From the NCBI GenBank assembly GCA_963700145.1, contig OY969474.1:4032001-4096000 (forward strand): DNA of 64,000 bases. Direction: 5' to 3'. The position numbers and the translations under genes are program-made. The notes below the pieces were generated by a model. That model saw only the letters and a program-made list of their open reading frames with translations. It did no database searches and was not told the DNA's origin. Each line of letters starts with the position of its first letter. Positions within the stretch are counted from its first letter, which is position 1. Of this stretch, positions 60,266-64,000 are shown in pieces. This DNA comes from an uncultured Acidobacteriota bacterium. GTDB taxonomy: Bacteria; Acidobacteriota; Thermoanaerobaculia; Multivoradales; UBA5704.

Positions 60266-63013
60266 CTAGCTAGCCGCCCACCCCGCCTCCGAGTCGTAGG
60301 CCGTCTTCTTCGGCAGCACGGAGATGTGGACGTGCTTGCTGTGGGGGTTCGTGCCGCCGTAGGGACGCCAGGTCCAGGCGGCCACGTTCCCTTCTTTGTA
60401 GGAGCTGACGATGCGGCGGTTCCAGATGAGGTACTTGACCCGCTTGTCGCGGCTGGCGCGGATCGCCTCGGCGAGGGCGCCGGCGTCGCAGCCGCTCGCC
60501 GGGTCGTGGGTGATGTCCACCGCCGTCACCACCCCCGTCGCGCCGTCCTTGACCCAGGGGTTGTGGTCGGAGTTGCGGGTCGCGTGGGCGGCGTCGCCGA
60601 TCGAGCCGTCGCTCGCCTTGCTCCGCTTCGGGTACTTCGCGTTGACCTGCTTGCGCAGGGCGAGGAGCGACTTCGCCACCCGCCAGGGCGCCGGCGCCTC
60701 CAGCCCCTCCTCCCAGGGCGCTGTCCGCTTCTTCCCGGGCTCGGCGGCGCTGTCGTCGCCGCCGTGCGGCGTCGGCCGCTCGAGCTCCTCCTCCGGCCAA
60801 GCCTCCGGGGCGCGCGCCGGCGCCGCCGTCGTCTCCAGGCGGTCGATCGCGGCCCGGGAGCGCACCGCTTCCCCTTCGTCGGTGTCCGCCTGGTCGGCCT
60901 GGTGCAGGACGTCGGGGAAGCGGACGACGCCGAGCAGTCCCTCCAGCTCGCCGATCGACACCATGTGCTGGCGCCAGACGGCGTCGACCGCGAACTCGAG
61001 CGGCACGTCGCTCAGGTCCTGGCGCAGCAGGAAGGCGAAGGCGCGCAGCTCGCCGTCCTCGTTGGCGACGACCACCTTCCAGTACTGCCGCGGGATACGC
61101 ACCCGCACGGCGCCCTCGTCGTCGACGCCGACGAAGAACGGGTCGTCGTCGGCCAGCACCGGGCCGGCGATGAGGGTGAGCCGGTCGGTCCCGACCTGCT
61201 CGGTGACGTAGTTCTCCAGGTCCCCCCAGTTCTCGCCGCTCGCCGACTGGTTGAAGCCGGCCACCTGCGGCGAGCAGTTCGTGGTGTGGAAGGTGTCGCC
61301 GTTGGCGAAGCGGACCTCCTCGTAGGAGTCCCCCCAGGCCATGTCCTCGCGCCGCACCACGTGCCCGCGGTCGAAGGCCCCCTGGTCCTTGGTGAAGAAG
61401 CGGTCCGGGAGCTGGTGCTCCGACTCGATCCGCGGGTCGAGGAACCAGCGCTCGGTGTCGTTCTTGCCGAGGCCGCCGAGGGCCTTGCGGGTGTAGGGCT
61501 TCCCCGGCTCGGGCCGCTTTCGCTCCTCGCTGGCGTCGAAGTTGGCGGCGGTGAACAAAGCCAGCCGCCGGTCCTTGTGGATGACGAGCGAGAAGTGGTG
61601 GTAGTCGAGGACGTGGCCGCCGTCCTCCTCGATCAGCGGCGCGCAGAGGCTCTCGTCCACCGCCTCCGGCAGCGGCAGCTCGACCTCCAGGAACTGCGGG
61701 TCGTACCCCTGGCGCGTCGAGTAGTCCGGGTCGTGGACCGGCTCGACCGGCCGCTCCTCCACGGGCTCGCCGGCGGCGGGCGCGGCGGCGGCCGCCGCCA
61801 CCGCGGGCTGCGCCTCGCCGAGGCGCACGGTGATCTGGAGCGGGATCGTCCAGGTCGCCCCGCCTCCCGGCGCGAGGACGACCCCGGCGGTGCCCCCGCC
61901 GGCCGCCGGCTGCGCTCCCGGCTCCCCGGGCTCCGCTTCCGCCGCCGGCCCCTCGACCGCGCTCCACCACTCCGCGGTCGCGTCCTCGTCGCCGCGGGCG
62001 GCGCCGCGGAACTGGACCCCCGCCTCGATCACCCGCTGGTCGCGCGACAGCTCCCAGGAGGGGACCGTGAAGTTGGCGTCGAGGTAGACGCCGGCGAAGT
62101 GGAGCGCCACGACGTTGCCGCTCGCCACGTCGATCACCGCGGAGCCGGAGTTGCCGCCCAGGGTCGAGGCGTCGTGGGTCATCGCCGAGACCTGGTGGCC
62201 GAAGCTGCGCGTCGAGCGGCGGGCGCCGAGCTTGCCGGGCTGGAGGCGCTTGACGTAGTAGACGCTGCCGAAGACCTGGTTCTGCACGTCGGCGGGGTTG
62301 CGCGGGTCGAAGGCGGGGTAGCCGACGACCGCGACGTCGCGGCCGGCGAGCTGCTCCGGCTGGTCGAGCGACAGGACGAGCGGCGGGTTGCGGTCCGAGA
62401 GCCCGTCGACCTGGAGCAGCGCCATGTCCCAGTGCGGGTGGATCATCAGCACCCGCCGGACACGCAGGAACTGCGTCTCGCTCAGGCCGCGCTCGCGCTT
62501 GAAGTCGACGCCGGCACGGATGCCGGACTTGAACGTCAAGCTGCGGCGGCCGACGCCCGAGGCGAAGAGGCCGGCGACGTGGCGGTTGGTCATCAGCAGC
62601 CCACGGCCGACAACGAAGCCGGTGCCGCCGTAGGGCAGGCTGGGGATCCCCGAGACCTCGATCCGGCCGATCGAGGGGAGCGCCTTGCGGATCCGCGACT
62701 TGATGGGGTCCTGCCCGTAGTGCTGCCAGAGCGAGTGCTTGACCCGGAAGTCGCCGCGGATGACGTCGATCGCCGGCCGCTTGTCGGGGATGATGATCGC
62801 CTCGACCATGAACTCCTCCCGCGGCGACAGCTCCTCGTTCGTGGCCAGCTTCTCCAGGGTGGCGCGCACGATCTCCTGCTCCGCCGAGACCAGCTCGGCG
62901 CTCTCGGCCATCAACTCCAGCGCCAGCGGCGCGTCGGCGAGGACCGCCTCCACCCCTCCTTCGGGCAGGACCTTCTCCAGGAACTGCTTGGCGCGGCTGC
63001 TCCGGTTCGCCAT
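60266..63013 (-). CDS. Trypsin-like protease + DNA/RNA non-specific endonuclease + C-terminal Zn-peptidase-like fusion
   Basis: Protease TNRHV, DMALL and GGNSGS; nuclease DRGH, NCSPQ..FN and WGDLE; C-terminal SDHNP..AVDITHD..NPHSKHVHIS. Confidence 0.88.
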   Translation of the reverse strand: MANRSSRAKQFLEKVLPEGGVEAVLADAPLALELMAESAELVSAEQEIVRATLEKLATNEELSPREEFMVEAIIIPDKRPAIDVIRGDFRVKHSLWQHYGQDPIKSRIRKALPSIGRIEVSGIPSLPYGGTGFVVGRGLLMTNRHVAGLFASGVGRRSLTFKSGIRAGVDFKRERGLSETQFLRVRRVLMIHPHWDMALLQVDGLSDRNPPLVLSLDQPEQLAGRDVAVVGYPAFDPRNPADVQNQVFGSVYYVKRLQPGKLGARRSTRSFGHQVSAMTHDASTLGGNSGSAVIDVASGNVVALHFAGVYLDANFTVPSWELSRDQRVIEAGVQFRGAARGDEDATAEWWSAVEGPAAEAEPGEPGAQPAAGGGTAGVVLAPGGGATWTIPLQITVRLGEAQPAVAAAAAAPAAGEPVEERPVEPVHDPDYSTRQGYDPQFLEVELPLPEAVDESLCAPLIEEDGGHVLDYHHFSLVIHKDRRLALFTAANFDASEERKRPEPGKPYTRKALGGLGKNDTERWFLDPRIESEHQLPDRFFTKDQGAFDRGHVVRREDMAWGDSYEEVRFANGDTFHTTNCSPQVAGFNQSASGENWGDLENYVTEQVGTDRLTLIAGPVLADDDPFFVGVDDEGAVRVRIPRQYWKVVVANEDGELRAFAFLLRQDLSDVPLEFAVDAVWRQHMVSIGELEGLLGVVRFPDVLHQADQADTDEGEAVRSRAAIDRLETTAAPARAPEAWPEEELERPTPHGGDDSAAEPGKKRTAPWEEGLEAPAPWRVAKSLLALRKQVNAKYPKRSKASDGSIGDAAHATRNSDHNPWVKDGATGVVTAVDITHDPASGCDAGALAEAIRASRDKRVKYLIWNRRIVSSYKEGNVAAWTWRPYGGTNPHSKHVHISVLPKKTAYDSEAGWAAS

Positions 63014-63058
63014 GGGAGACCTCCTCTTACTCCTTAGACTGACACCGTTCGGGGATTC

Positions 63059-64000
63059 CTAGGGAGGGTACAGCCGCGCGTAGTGCTCGCGCGTGGTGAG
63101 GACGCGGCGCAGGTAGGCCCGGGTCTCGCGGAAGCCCACTTTCGTCAGGTACTCGGCCGGCTCGTCGCCGGCGCAGTAGCCGCGCCAGAGGCGCGCCTGC
63201 GCCGGGCCGGCGTTGTAGGCGGCGACCGCCAGGTGCTCGGCGCCGCCGACCTCGCGCAGCAGCTCGGCCAGGTAGGCGGCGCCCAGGGCGAGCGACACCT
63301 CCGGCCGGTAAAGGTCGCCCGGTCCGAGCTGCAGCTCGGCCTGCGCCGCCACCCGCCGCGCCGTCGGAGTGACGAGCTGCGCCAGCCCGCGCGCCGCCGC
63401 CCCCGAGAAGGCGCGCGCGTCGAAGCGGCTCTCCTCGCGCACCAGCGCGGCGAGGAGGTGCGGATCGACCCCCCGCCGCCGCGCCTCGGCGAGCAGGGGC
63501 TCGCGGTGCGGCAGCGGGTAGAGGAGGGTGCGGAAGACGCTCGGCTGGAGGGCGAGGGGGACGCGGTCCGGGGTGCGCAGGCGGACCGCCTCGGCGAGGC
63601 GGATCGAGCGCGGCGCCTCGCCGGCGCGGGCGAGGAGGAAGCTGCCGGTGAGCGCCAGCGACGGGTCGGACGGCGGGAAGCGGGCGCCCACCGCCGGCGC
63701 CCCCTCGCGGAAGAGGCCGAGCCCGAGGAGCGCCTCCTCGGGCGTCGCCGGCGTCGCCGTCCAGAGCGGCCAGCGCTCGACCGGCACCTGCGCCAGGAGG
63801 AGGTACGGCGCCGCGCCCGGATCACCCGCCAGCCGGCGCAGCAGCAGGGCGCGCGCCGTCTGGCCGGTGCGCGAGCCCGGTGCCAGGAGCCAGGCGGCGT
63901 GGAGATCGCCGGGCGCCTTCGAGCCGGCCAGCCGCCGCGCCTCGGCGGCCGTCGTCGCGGCGAGGGCCGGCGCCGCGGCGCGCGCCAGCGCCGCCCGCGC
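63059..64000 (-). CDS. Lytic transglycosylase (SLT domain), 5' end outside the window
   Basis: LVREESRFD, ARGLAQL, AAYNAG and ETRAY motifs. Confidence 0.9.
   Translation of the reverse strand, partial: ARAALARAAAPALAATTAAEARRLAGSKAPGDLHAAWLLAPGSRTGQTARALLLRRLAGDPGAAPYLLLAQVPVERWPLWTATPATPEEALLGLGLFREGAPAVGARFPPSDPSLALTGSFLLARAGEAPRSIRLAEAVRLRTPDRVPLALQPSVFRTLLYPLPHREPLLAEARRRGVDPHLLAALVREESRFDARAFSGAAARGLAQLVTPTARRVAAQAELQLGPGDLYRPEVSLALGAAYLAELLREVGGAEHLAVAAYNAGPAQARLWRGYCAGDEPAEYLTKVGFRETRAYLRRVLTTREHYARLYPP

Overview
A GC-rich bacterial chromosome segment. The tandem GWxTD-like/VWA proteins, the TonB-type receptor and the ECF/XRE families suggest Acidobacteriota, possibly Thermoanaerobaculia (inference). 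Housekeeping genes include groES-groEL (sigma70 promoter plus CIRCE), ggt, apgM, eda, trmJ, maf, a cysteine desulfurase with mnmA, rsmI, and nadE beside a separate nitrilase-family gene. A dispersed tryptophan to anthranilate to 2-aminobenzoyl-CoA pathway is present: kynA, kynU, an aryl-CoA ligase and an abm-like cluster with a split monooxygenase/reductase, but no kynB. Accessory content includes an integron-integrase remnant, low-GC genes bounded by decayed attC-like sites, a DUF4062-STAND-WD40 protein, and eight TA modules or relics, mostly with the toxin lost. It also includes a trypsin-nuclease-zinc peptidase fusion, two XRE genes sharing a TAAGT-N15-ACTTA promoter module, two unrelated non-coding arrays with an exact 21-nt period, a REP family, and a ~500-bp nested palindrome. 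No tRNA, rRNA or CRISPR array was recognised. All family calls come from motif recognition by eye; no searches were run.
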